DNA of 64,000 nt from Mobula hypostoma. Lineage: Eukaryota. How positions within the stretch are numbered: the stretch's first letter is position 1; every line of letters begins with the position of its first letter. The stretch covers positions 26,474,001 through 26,538,000 of the forward strand of contig NC_086128.1 of assembly GCF_963921235.1 (NCBI RefSeq). The letters are read 5' to 3'. The notes beneath the pieces are model-generated. The model saw only the letters and a program-made list of their open reading frames with translations, was not told the origin of the DNA and did not search any database. Position numbers and translations under genes: made by a program. Of the stretch, positions 29,220 through 42,754 are shown piece by piece.

Positions 29220-29960
29220 TGAACCTTTTGCAATTACCTGGTTTCCTGCATTAATTGCTGAAAGTGTAGTCTGATCTTCATCCAAGTCACAATAATAGAC
29301 CAACACAATCATTTTCATGTCCTTATTAAACACATTGTTTAATTATTCACAGTCCGGGCTAGGAAAAGTATGTGAACCCTTGTATTTAACAACTGGTAGA
29401 ACCTCCTTTAGGAGCAATAACCTCCACCAAACATTACCTTCAGGTGATGAAGCACTACCCTGACATTCATCTATAAAATACCTCGATTTAATTTTGAAAT
29501 TCATTATTCTCTCAACGACTGCAAGTTGTACAGGCCCTGAGGCAGCAAAAGAGCCCCAAACCATGATGCTCCTTCCACCATGCTCCAGTTGGAATGAGGT
29601 TTTGGTGTGCATTGCGCCCCCCCCCCAAACACAGCAGTGTGCATTTCTGCAAAAAAAAGTTCAATTTTTGTCTCCCCTGCCCACAGAACATTGTCCTAGA
29701 AGCGTTGTAAAACACCCAGGTGGTCTTTTACAAACTTGAGACACAAACAGACTTTATCAAGTTCTAGAAATTTCTGCAGGTCTTTTGCTGATAACTTTGG
29801 GTTCTTTTTCACCTCCTTCAGCTTTGCACGTTATGCCCTTGCTCTTTGCAACTCACTCACTCACTCCTAGGGAGAGCAGCAGCAGTACTGAGTTTCCTCC
29901 ATTCGTAAGTAATTTCTCTTACTGATGAACACTCAGGGCTTTGGAAATGCTTTTCCAGCT
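29220..29960 (-). mobile_element. Tc1/mariner transposase remnant
   Basis: EHGGRSIMVWGSFAASGP matches the Tc1 KHGGGSIMVWGCF motif. Confidence 0.8.
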
Positions 29961-31619
29961 TCAGCAGGAAAGCTGTTTCCACTGGTGAGACTAGAACTAG
30001 GAGGGATAGCCTCAAGATTCGGGGGAGTAAATTTAGGATGAAGTTGAGGAGGAACTGCTTTTCCCAGAGGGTAGTGAATCAGTGGAATTCTCTGCCCAAT
30101 GAAGCAGTGGAGGCTACTTCAGTAAATATATTTAAGACAAGGTTGGATAGATTTTTGCATGGTAGGGGAATTAAGGGTTCTGGGGCCCAAAACTGCTCAC
30201 AATACACCAAGTGCAGCATGACTAAAAACTCAGAATTACATCCCTGTTGTTATATTCTAGTGCTCTCGAAACAACTAACATTGCACTTGCACTGTCTCAG
30301 ACTGCTGGTTAACCTTTAGGGAATCCTGCACGAGGACTCCCAAGAACATTTGCACCTCTGATTTTTGAATTTTCTCCCCATTTAGAAAATAATCTATGCC
30401 TTTATTCCTCTCCCATCGAACAGAAGATACAAAAGCCTGAAAGCACATACCGCCAACCTCAAGGACAGATTCTATCCCGCTGTTATCACTCTTAAACAGA
30501 CCTCTTGCATGATAATATGGACTCTTGGCCTCATAAATTCCCTTATTATTACCTTGCCTGTACCACACTTTCTCTGTAGCTGTTACACTTTATTCTATAT
30601 TCTATTATTTTACCTTGTACTGCTTCAATACACTGTAATGAACAGAAAAGCTCTTCACTGTATCTCGCTATGTGCAACAGTAATAAGCCAATTTCAAAAG
30701 GAAACCATGTGGGCTGACGAGAGTGTTATAAAGCTCCATTGTGACTTGCAAACTTTTACACTCATGCCCCAAACAATGACTTGGACCCCAGGACTTTTCA
30801 TGTAATTGGTTTATTATTGCCACACGTATAGCTTGCATGCCACTTAAACAAATCATTCCAAACATCGAGGTAGCACAAGGGAAAAACAAGAACAGAATAT
30901 AGGATATCAGTACATTAATGTGAAGGAGTGGCACCATTTACCGTAGGAAACACTGCAAACAGCTGTTATCGAAGTTGTGTACAAATCTTTTTCTAGGAAC
31001 ACCTTAATCCTTAAAAAAAACAAAAAAATAGTTAACCTCCAGGAATGCTGCTTGACCAGCTAAATTCTGGTAATTTATTAGACTGCAGACTGCCAGATAA
31101 AATTCAAAAATTAGTTAACATGTTACCTGCAATCTACTGCTACATTTAGAGGCTTATTAAAAAATAATTATTTTGATTAATTAGAACATTCCTGCTTGGC
31201 GTTACAGATCTTTGGAAAGAGAACGACATGCTTTACGAAGAATACAAACCCCATCACATACCATCGATTAACGCAAGTTTAACAAGGAATGTGTTACAAA
31301 TGCGTTTGAAAAAGTTGGGGACTTTAATAAAACAGGAAAGGTCAATACAACAAATGAAACCGTGTCAATACAAGTGCGTGGTGGAATTTATCAAAATCAA
31401 GTTTGCAACTTTTGCAAAGCACTCCACGTAATCTCAAACTCAAGCCATTCAGGGTGAATATGCATTTTACGACGGTTTTTTTTATATTTAAGAAAAACAT
31501 AACGGTGTATAATTCGCAGCTCAATTTAAGCGCGCCATAGACACAGAACAATGCGCCCAATCCATCTCATGAATAGTTTTTAGCCATATGGTGGAATAAA
31601 GGCAGGGGAGGGGGGAGGG

Positions 31620-32480
31620 AAACCTTTGAAAAAACGTTTATTTCGCTGCATTCACAAACTCCATGCCTCCTTGCAACCACACAAGACCCTCCCCTGCTAC
31701 AGAATCTTCCAGAAAAACCGCGTACACAAGGTATCGCCACCAAGGGGGGGGGGTGAAAAGAGGGTGGGGCTAGTACGGAGAATGATGGACAATGAGGGAG
31801 AATTTACAGCCCACCTCCAGCACTTGTCTCAAACCCGATTGGTAGACAGTGACAGGAGACCAGTGGCTATTGGCCAGTGCCCGCTGTCCATCAGTCTCAA
31901 CGGGAGTACAGCGGGAGACCGAGTTGTCAATCAAGGGAAGGGGCAAGGAAAGAGGTGTGGCCATTGACTGCCCATCAAGTGAGCGACGCGGCCTACCAAT
32001 CCACCCCCCCTTCATCGAACCGACCTCCGGCGCGACAATAAACAACGGTAACAACGATTACCGCCACCAATAAGCGCACCGCTTTTACTCTGTTTACCTG
32101 TTCCCTAGGGGAAAAAGAACCTTGGGCCACTTCGTCAAAGGCGAAGATAAACGTTGCTTTTATGTATTTTTATATCGCTTCTCAGCGCCGACTCCTCTCG
32201 TTCTGCGGAACCCGCCAAAAAAAATCCGTCCCCCTCCCCCTCCTTCTCCACTCGCTGGCGCCAACCCACCGCAGGCAGCTGCGCAGGCGTGGTGCCCCGC
32301 CCGCCCACGTGAGGAGAAAAGGCGGGAGAATGGGGGGGGACCGAGAGGGCGGTGATACGACACCGACCAGCCAATAGAAGGTGCCATAGTCCGTCCCCCC
32401 CACAGCAGTTGGCAGTGGAAGGGCTCCGTCCCGCCAATAGGAGGGAGGGGGCGTGAAGTTTCGAAGCCCTATATAAACTG
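31620..32480. promoter_or_regulatory. CpG-island bidirectional promoter CBX5/HNRNPA1
   Basis: CCAAT at 32371 and 32434, GC boxes, E-box CACGTG, TATATAAA 32470-32477 on plus. Head-to-head layout as in mammals. Confidence 0.85.
32098..32260 (-). other. CBX5: Probable CBX5 non-coding exon 1 (5' boundary approximate)
   Basis: Minus-strand donor cag|gtaaac at 32096-32097 within the CpG island. Confidence 0.6.
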
Positions 32481-32626
32481 TGGCGCCGGCGCGCTTCGGT
32501 CTCTTGCCCTGTTGTCGACGATCCGAGCTGTTGGTTGAGGTTCTTTTTCTCTTACGAAATAATTTTTTTCTCCCGACGGTGGCCCCACGTAAATCAGGCA
32601 AGACGGCGCCCTCATACGAACGCGAT

Positions 32627-32632
32627 ATGGAG
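32627..32632 (+). CDS. HNRNPA1: HNRNPA1 exon 1 coding part (ME)
   Basis: ATGGAG|gtgagt downstream of the TATA box; in frame with exon 2. Confidence 0.85.
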
Positions 32633-34149
32633 GTGAGTGATGCATTTTTCTTTGCTACCTCACCATCTCCTCTTCCTTGATAAGCAATGACGCAGCAAAG
32701 AATAGGTAGACGCCATTAGGCGAGTTGGCAGCTATGATCTAGAGCTTTCCCTTTGTTACATTCACTCTAGTTACCCCCTCAAATGTATGTGTACTTTTTT
32801 TGTTGTTATTTACGGGTGGGTTGGTGATATCTTTTGCTAGAAAGAAGTTTCGCTTGGTAGTGGTTACCAAAAGAGAATCCTCAAAATGGCGGCCTGTCTT
32901 TAGACGCCACATAAGCTTCACTCTAGAGTCTGAGGGAGAGTCCCGCTCCCCTATTAATACATAATCTGTAGCGGTCGTGGGAGGATTCTCGCCCTGTCTA
33001 TTCACGACCAAATTTTTGTCCCCCGATCGGTCGTCTCGCCAACATGGCGACATCTTCCAGTCCGTCTGTGTCACATGGCAGATCCGCTATCTTCACACAA
33101 TGTAACTGGTGAAAAACACCAGGTCTGACAACATTAGTTTACTTTTTCGGACTTCGCCAGTGCCCGTTTCAGAAATACTATTCGGATTCAATCTATCTAT
33201 CTCAAACGGTAATGGTATAGTGGGATATTGATTTTTTTTCCTCAAAAAAAGTGAGGTTTGATGTATCCGTCGGTTTCCCCTGACAAAATGGCTGTTAATT
33301 GCATGAAAATGTTTGTAAGCTCCGCCCGTTCATTCTTATTGTCCTGTAACTGGCGGCAGCTCGTCTTAAAATGGCGGCTCGCCACCCCACCCAGTCTTCG
33401 GGGACCATGGGGGCGGGTGAGTACGCTGCCGACCTTCTCCCACTTCGCCAGACAGCCACTGAAACGAGAGGCTGGGTTTATCCAGCACAACACTTTATTT
33501 CTCCCCCCCCCTTCTCCCACTCAGGTCCTCTGCCTCCCGGACCTCGTGTCTCCGTCCAACTGACCTCAAAATGGTGGCATGTCGCCTCTCTCCTTTTACT
33601 GCAGGCGGCGCTGTTCTTCATGGGAGTCGGAGTTTCGTCCAATTGCCACGGGGCCTTTTTGGATGCCATTACCCCGTTTGGGATTGGCTTAATTATTCCC
33701 AGTTGCTTCGAGTGTAACGATTCCTTGTCTTTTTGTTAAGTTAATGATTATGTTAGTGTTGGAGATCGTAATCTCTCGTGGGTGTAGACTGGAGCCGCCG
33801 GGGTTGAGATGCAAAGCAATATATCTCCAGTTTAAATTCCATCCTGAATTTTTGGAAGATCAAGAACCAATATAAGTTGACTCTCTCTCATGCTGCAGGC
33901 TTCAGAATGCATAGATTGTCTCTCTAGTGAGTAAACATTTATCAGAGGGGAGATTTGTTTCTGGGTTGTAAACATGTTTTACAATCTGGAGATGAAGAAT
34001 CTTCATTAATTTCTGATGGAATCACTTGGATTGATTAGTGACTATTTGGTTTTGCAGCAGAATGCAAGTTAAACTGTACAAGCACTTGCATTGCCAAGCC
34101 TGTCTATGGTCGTGGTTTTGTTCCCAGATGCTGGGTATACTAATGCTGA

Positions 34150-34606
<457 letters not shown>

Positions 34607-34715
34607 TAAGTATGGTTTGTCTGGTGACAGTTGAAAAGCTGTTCCTTAATTTTGTGGGTCTTCAGGTAGCAGTGCCACCTTGATGGTAAGAGTGCATCAG
34701 TGTAGTGTTTAGTAA

Positions 34716-35148
<433 letters not shown>

Positions 35149-35519
35149 TAAGTTTTTAACATCCACATTCATAAATGTCCCTTGTGCACCAGCCTTCCCT
35201 GGCAAGTGTGTTTTAAATGATCTCTGGACAATCTTATCAATGTTCTGCATCAAGGCAAGTGTTTACTTGTTTTTATCTATATATCTAACTAGATATAGAT
35301 ATATATAATATCCACAGACTGGTAAGGTGATATGAAACATTACCAGAGGAGGTATCGGGAGCATTTGGGATATTTAATTAAATGGGCAATATGTAAAAGT
35401 GATTCTAATGGGGGACAAATGGGACTGGTCCGGGTGCAAGATCTGCAAGGGTTTTTTCTTGTACTGTCCCACTTAAATGCAGTCTCTACTTCTCTTCCCA
35501 CCTGCTCCTTAAATTCTAG

Positions 35520-35615
35520 GTCGAGGCAGTTCTGGCAACTTCGGTAGAGGCAACTTCAACAATTCTGGGGGCAACTTTGGTGGCCGTGGTGGAGGAGGGA
35601 ACTTCAACAGCCGAG
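35520..35615 (+). CDS. HNRNPA1: HNRNPA1 exon 6 (RGG region)
   Basis: GRGSSGNFGRGNFNNSGGNFGGRGGGGNFNSR; phase-1 sites. Confidence 0.9.
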
Positions 35616-35656
35616 GTGAGGTGTTTAGGTCTCTGGGAAGTGGGGATCTTGAGTAG

Positions 35657-35821
<165 letters not shown>

Positions 35822-35862
35822 TGAGTCCAATAATTAAATGCAACTTCGTATCCCTCATGCAG

Positions 35863-36030
35863 GTGGTGGCTACGGTGGAGGTGGCTACGGCGGTGGTGGC
35901 AGAGGTGGTCCTGGATATGGTGGCAGCCCCAGCTATGGCAACCAGGGTGGAGGTGGCGGCGGCGGCTATGGCAGCGGAGGTGGAGGTGGTGGAGGAGGTT
36001 ATGATGGCTACAATGGTGGATTTGGTGGTG
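35863..36030 (+). CDS. HNRNPA1: HNRNPA1 exon 7B-equivalent cassette (Gly/Tyr-rich)
   Basis: 168 nt, symmetric phase 1; GGPGYGG..YGNQG..YDGYNGGFGG. Confidence 0.85.
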
Positions 36031-36240
36031 GTGAGTTTGCCAACCTCGTCTTGAGCCTGTGTTTGGCCTTTCATTCACCCTGTCTCTTTTACCCTATCCA
36101 TATGTGTTCATGTACCTGCTTCATTCTCTTAACCACCCCCACTCTTAAAAATCTTTTTGTTTTCCATGACTTGAGAGTAGGAAACTGCCTTTACTCTATA
36201 CATGTCTCCTCTTCTCTCCCTCCCCCCCACACAGCTGTGA

Positions 36241-36579
<339 letters not shown>

Positions 36580-36814
36580 TAGGAAAAAATAAAAAGTAAT
36601 AGCTGTTCTGAGAAACATCACTCTTGGCCTTGTGATTTGAACTTTGCATTTGGCCTGTGGCTTATTGTCCAAGTAAGGCCATAATTGCTTCCAGTTCATA
36701 AGTAATCAATTAGAATCTGTTCAAATCTACTAGGGGAGAACTTTAAGAAGGTTGCTTGAGCTCAAAGGTTTGCTTCCCTTGCTCTGACTACTAACCAGTT
36801 TTTCTCTCCTGCAG

Positions 36815-36864
36815 GTAACTACAGTGGCTCCAGTGGCGGAGGTTCCTTTGGCCGGAGGTTCTAG
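36815..36864 (+). CDS. HNRNPA1: HNRNPA1 last coding exon (…GSFGRRF*); exon ends at 36877
   Basis: TACTAAC branch point 36789-36795; C-terminal GRRF as in hnRNP A1. Total CDS 1095 nt. Confidence 0.9.
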
Positions 36865-37335
36865 TTTTATGTTGCAGGTGCGTTCTGCTGGAGTGGTTTG
36901 GGAACTTGGAGTGATTTTTGTGTCCTGGTTGGCATGGCTGGGCTGGTGTGGGGGTGGAAGTGAGGGGAGTGACAAAGCAGAGCCTGCCATAGATGGGCAA
37001 CAGGCTCTCTCTCCCCAGTTTACAGCTGCAGGCACTCCTGGCCTTCAGGGGAAGTGAAATCCAGAAGTTGCGATGGGGAAAGGTGGGGTATCTTGTATGC
37101 AGCATCCACTGTCCCTTCATTTGGGTCTCGGTGCCACTTCTGAAGTAGTCAGTTTCATCCTGTGGTGCTGGGATTTAGTAGGTAAATGAATGCTTTAATA
37201 TTGTGGGAGTGGGGGGTGGGAGGGTAGGAGAGTGGCAGCACTGCTTTGGCTTCCCGCTGCCCCTCCGCTTACTGTTAAGAAAACTCGTTTTAGGAAATGC
37301 ACGATATAATAATTCTATCCCATGTTGTTCAACAG

Positions 37336-37755
37336 GAATACAGTACTTAGCAGGAGAGGATGAGCCAGGAGTTGTGACAGGGAGAGAGCCAGCAGGTTAC
37401 TACAATACAAATCTCAGCCAAGCGCAGGGTACAACTGCTTCCGGAAGAAAATGTCCTTTGTTTTAGTCAGAAAAGTCAGTGTTTGATCTCATAAACTTAA
37501 AAAAAAAAAAAAAAAATTTAAACCCATGTGCATGGATATCTGCTTAAGGACTGTGATATTTTGATAAACTGTTGAACAGGTTATTTTATAGTGAACTTTT
37601 TCCCTTTCCTATTCCCTTCTGGAAGTGTACAACAAACATTCCAGTGAGTCTTTGCTAGACAAACTTTTTGATTTTATTGCTCCAGTTTTCAAGTGATAAA
37701 TGTATTAGTTGTGATCATGATTTAAGAATAAAAAAAAAAATTCCATTGACTAGTC
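37336..37755 (+). other. HNRNPA1: HNRNPA1 non-coding 3' UTR exon with AATAAA at 37727-37732
   Basis: Acceptor ttcaacag. Start 'cttagcaggagagga..agccag..gtgacaggga' resembles the mammalian last exon as recalled. Confidence 0.75.
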
Positions 37756-40700
37756 CTGCAGGTAGTCTTGTTTTGTTTGAGCTTTATGCCAGCTGTTGTC
37801 CCTTACTGCTTTTGTCACTTAGCTTTGGTCCTCAGCCAATGTTTCCATACTCCTATCAGAAGCTGCCATCCATGCCCCATCACTTCCTGCCTGCTCCACA
37901 TGCAAGTGTTCAATACAGGGACCCTTCTGAATGTGATAGAAGGCAGCCTGTCTATTCCTTTCAACTGTTGACACCCTTACTAATCAAAAAACTTTGCCAG
38001 CTTTTGCTGGTAGATGACCAATGACTTGGCCTGCCCAGCTGCCTGGTAATACATCATACTCTGGCCTTCACAAATAGACAGTCTGTTCCACTGATCCACC
38101 TTTAAATATGTTTCAGTGAGACCCCCCCCCCCCCGATCATTCTCAGCTCCAGTGAGTACAGACCAAGTGACATCAAATGTATGTAATAGAGCTTGGTCCA
38201 AGTATAAACACTATTCTGCTTCCAACCCCCACCCATTCTGTCAGGCCCAAAAAAAGTCTTGCTGCTTTAAAGTAGTTAAGATGCCAGGTCAAATGGGGAT
38301 CTACTGCCCCAGACTTGACCTTCCCCACTGGATGTGGGGTCTGGGACCTTTTAAAGAGATTCCTGCTTGCACACATCACCCCACTTGCAGAAGTTTGTGC
38401 AATAGCAGCAGTCAGGATTTCGAAGGAGGCCTGATGTGTAATCAGACCCAGTTGCCTGCAGCGAAGTCGGCGGAGGAAAGTCATGCTGCTTTAAAAGAAA
38501 CTGTGTGTGTGAGTGTGCGTGTGCTACCTTCGGCTCTTGGCTCGAGAGATAGGACGAGGCAGGACACCGGACGGCATCAGCTTCAGCAGCAGCAGAGGAA
38601 AAATCTAGACTTAGAAGCTACGAGCGTACTCCTGTGTCCGAGGGTCAGGAGCAGCATCAGCAGAGGCCAGCTTTGTTCTCGCGTTTGTAGTTCCTCGGAC
38701 TTGTTGTTACTGGAGGCTAGCGTTGAGGGCTGCGCCATGGGAGGCCAGCAGTTCAGGGCTAGCACAGCCAGAAGCCTTGCTACCACTAAGACTAAAGCAG
38801 GCAGGCAGACTTCCCAGGGCCGTTGCTTTCAATAGGTAAGGCTGGATTTCATCTTACTTTTATTTTGATGTTTTAAAAAAAAACGGGTGATTTCAGTAGC
38901 GGGAAAGCTTCATCTGGCCTGTTCTACCAAGCTGGAGGCTTGATTGCCCCTTGTTGCTTGCAGGTAATGTCTGGAGGGATCACCATACAGCAGATTGTGG
39001 GCTGCACTTGTACTCCCTGGAAGTATATGTCCTCAAGGTATGTATGTGAATTGGTTCATAATTAACAATCTAGGTGTGATGGCCAACAAAGCTTATCAGA
39101 GCCTTCACTTCCCCAGGAGACTAAAGAAATAGAGCATTTCTGCTGACCCTCAAGTTTAAACATCCCAACTGGATGCTTAATGGCTTGGTTACAACTGCTC
39201 TGCAAGTGACTGAAACTAAAGAGCTAACCAGCTTTTCTATATAAATGATGAAACACAAAGCTCAAGGGACTTGAATGTACACCTAGTGTACATACAACTG
39301 GATGTAACCTCAATCTACATCGTACTGCAGACAGATAGGATACAAGCTTGTGCTGTTAAGGGATTGATGCAGATCAGTACTCACTAATCTGTGCTTGCAC
39401 ACCTGGTCTGTCTTCAGTAATGACCCAGTCTTGTTTTTCTCCCAACAGGTGAAGGCTGGTGGGAGCTGATAATGGTTTTTAATTTGGCTCCATAATCCTG
39501 GATGTTCCCTCTTCTGGACAGAGGGTATTCACACAACATTCAATACTATGTATTCTTTCTCCTGTAGCTGCTGTGCAGATGTTTTTCTGAATGTTAATTC
39601 TTTGTAAAACAATAAAGGTCAGATTATTCCTTTGTGTATCTGTTGTATTTTGTGTGGTGTTTGGGGGGGGGGCCTTTGGAATGGCCAGTGTCATGGAGCA
39701 GTGGTCTTGGGGTAGTATGTGGTTTGTGCAGCTGTGTAACATGTAGCTATTTGGGGTGAAAGTAGACAAAAATTGATTTACTGGTTATATTAATTAGTTG
39801 GTGCATGTCCAGAATATATCAAAATAAAAGTTTAACCAGAACACACACCAATGCCTTGTTCATAGTCAATGCTTTTATTACTGTTCTGATGCTTTCTTGC
39901 TAACCAATGATGCTGCTCCTTGTACTTTTGCAAGAAAATGGCATTGGGGTCCTTTCACCTGGAGCATAGTCCATATATGGAAATATAGCTGAGGTCAGAA
40001 CATTGGTATTGAAAAGGACCTTGGACAAAGATGAGTGAGGCCCATGGGTCTGTTTCTGCACTGAAAGATGCCATCATTGATGGGAGCAGGTTAAAAGTTG
40101 GATAGACCACTTGATTTATCTGATTGGCTTTAAGTTTCCTTTTATTGGAGGTCAGGGTTATCTTAGAGGCAGTCTCTGTCCAATGAATTGTGGGAGGGAG
40201 AATCACAAGCGGAGTGGTTCTCAGTATAAGGGGTTACCAGTCAGTGTTAACACAGGCTGGCAGAGGATATGGTATACTCCACTGTGGGCAAGTCCTACTG
40301 CTATCTAATTTGATCTCTTCCCTATAGACTGCTCATCAGGGAATAACTTCAATTGCCCTATCAATGACCTGGCCTCACTTTTAATGTCAATCTAATTCCT
40401 TAAAAGGTTGTTGGACCATGAGAGTGGGATTAGGCTGGTGTTTGAGGTCCATCCCATAACTAATGAAAGCCTATGATCCCTCAGACAGGTCCATAGGTAG
40501 GGATGAAAATGTTGCCCAAACATTGCAGATGGATTTTTGGGTGAGTATGCTACAAAGTGGTCTGGTTGTACTTGTGTGATGTGTTGATCGTGCAATGAAG
40601 GATGTTTATCCCTGGCAGCTTGTTCTCATATATGGACCATCTGGGTGGAAGAAAACAATCATAAGTTTGGTTAAATCTCAGTATGGAAACTGGCCCTTTA

Positions 40701-41639
40701 GCTCAACCAGTCCATGATGACCTAAGATGCCTATCTAAGCCAGTCTCCCTTGGGTCCCTTTTTTTTTGTGTATCAACACTGACCAAAACTGAACACAGTA
40801 CCCACAGAAAGACTTCACAAATGTCTCATATAACTCCCAACTCTTGTGCTTAGTGCCCTAATTGATGAGGGCTAGCGTGCCAAACACTTTTCACCAAGCT
40901 GTCTGTTCCTGTACTCCAAATTCCTTTTGTTATCCAAAATTCCATAGGGCACTATGTTCCCCTCCATTGCTGCAATTCTGTCACACTAATGATGTCAGAA
41001 GAGAGAGTCTTTGGTTGCAAGAAATATATTTTTATATTAATATACATATACAATAGTGATGTTCACTGGTAGTATACAGCTCTGCAGAGTGGGGGTGGGG
41101 GGGTAGAGGTTAAGCTAATACATATTCCAACTTTGTTCCCGGTCTGTCACTTCCTAATGTGTGACTGGGCCCCTGTGTCTTTCGTCTCTTGTTCCACAGG
41201 CCCATGGATGGAGGGGTAGCAAGAAGGCAGGGAGCCCACCATACCAAGTAGTCACACTCACCCACTCTGCCCTCCCCTCCCTCCTTCCTACCCACCACCC
41301 CCAACCTCTCCACCCTCCCTGTCCCACGCCCAAGGGAGCAATAAGATTGCCTTAGTTCCCATCCCTATACATCTCCCACCACCGCCCCCCCCCCCCTTCT
41401 CCCAGGGCCTAAACCTGCAGGGAGAACATCAGGAAGAGGTATGTTTGCCTGGGCCTCTTCTCCCTTCCCCTATCCCCCATATCACTCAGACCCTTCTGAA
41501 ATTCTCCTCTTTCCCTCCCCCTCCTCTGTCCCCTTAGTCTCCTACCTCTCCCCCACTCTGTCCCCTCCCTCCCTGCTCTATCCCCATTTCCCCCTCTTGA
41601 CCCAAACTGCACCAGGAAGGCTCTATTCTTAGACTGCAC

Positions 41640-42698
41640 TCACTCACACCCTGCTGCCCCCTCCTGCAGCAGGAACACCCCCCCATCAGCCCCCACCTGC
41701 AGGGTGAGCTGCCCAGGAGGGTAGGGTCGTCCGCCAGGGTCCCGCAGAGCTGCCAGCACCCGCTGTCCAAGCTGTGCCAGCCGTGCCTGGGCCTGAAGTA
41801 AGGCTCGTCCCACCCGTTCACGTTCACCGGCCAGCCGCTCCCTCTGGCCCCGTAGGCCACCCAGCTCCCTCTGCAGCCGAGCCACAGCCTCCAGTTTACG
41901 ACGTCGGCAGTGCCGGGCTGCCACCTTGTTCTTGCCTCGTCGGCGGATGTCCCTTACCAGGGCCAGCTGGGCCTCACTCAGTCGGTGCCTAGACAGCAGC
42001 TCGTTGTACTCCTCAACTGGTAGCTGCACAATCGCTTCTGTGGGAATGGGGAGGCACAGGGCTCGGGCCCGTCGCTCGTCACGGCTGCAGGTCTCCCGGC
42101 CTAGTCTGGCAGGGCCCTTCAGGCCTGTTCCTGTCCCGAGGCCCAGTCCAGACGGAAGTCCTGTCCCAGCCCTGAGACCAAGTCCGATCCCAGCCTCATG
42201 TTCGGTCTTTTGGCCTAGACTGGGCCTAAAGCCCAGCTCGGTCCCAGATCCTGACTCAACCTTTGGGCCAGCTCCATTGCTGAGGCCCAGCCTGGCCTCC
42301 ACACCCAGAATTGTCCCTGTCCCCATCAATTCGGCCTTCAGGCCTGTCCCGGGTCCCAGTCTGACCTCGGGCCCTGACCCAGGCCCAGTCCTCCTGAGGC
42401 CCAGCTCCAGCCCTGGTCCCGGCTCAGCCTTCAAGCATGGAGCAGCCTCCAGCTGGGACCCACCCCAGGCCCCTGCCCACGTCTCTTGTCCAGAGCCCAG
42501 CGGCAGGGCAGAATCATGACAAGGGCCTTGGGGCAGCAGCCAGGGCTCAGGTGGAGGTGGGGGCAGGGGCTGGGCCAGGGGGTAGTGGGGCCAGGGCTCG
42601 GGCAGAGGGACGGAAAGGTGAGTAGGGGTGGCCATTGGATAGAAGGGGATGCAGCTTTCAGAGGGGGTGGAGGAAGCCTCAGCAGTCATCTCCAGGCC
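41640..42698 (-). CDS. NFE2: NFE2 (p45, CNC-bZIP) last coding exon, 352 aa; upstream exon not in the window
   Basis: Acceptor gtttcag|GGCCTG. CNC-bZIP SRDERRA...QLALVRDIRRRGKNKVAA..CR.RKLE. Tail-to-tail with HNRNPA1 as in mammals. Confidence 0.88.
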   Translation of the reverse strand, partial: GLEMTAEASSTPSESCIPFYPMATPTHLSVPLPEPWPHYPLAQPLPPPPPEPWLLPQGPCHDSALPLGSGQETWAGAWGGSQLEAAPCLKAEPGPGLELGLRRTGPGSGPEVRLGPGTGLKAELMGTGTILGVEARLGLSNGAGPKVESGSGTELGFRPSLGQKTEHEAGIGLGLRAGTGLPSGLGLGTGTGLKGPARLGRETCSRDERRARALCLPIPTEAIVQLPVEEYNELLSRHRLSEAQLALVRDIRRRGKNKVAARHCRRRKLEAVARLQRELGGLRGQRERLAGERERVGRALLQAQARLAQLGQRVLAALRDPGGRPYPPGQLTLQVGADGGVFLLQEGAAGCE

Positions 42699-42754
42699 CT
42701 GAAACAACAGGAAGAGATGAAGAAGGGAGAGAGTTAAGAGAATTGCCAACTTTT

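Noticed and set aside
38116-38835. 239-aa ORF downstream of HNRNPA1
   Set aside because: Non-ATG start and no recognisable domain; better explained as extended 3' non-coding sequence.
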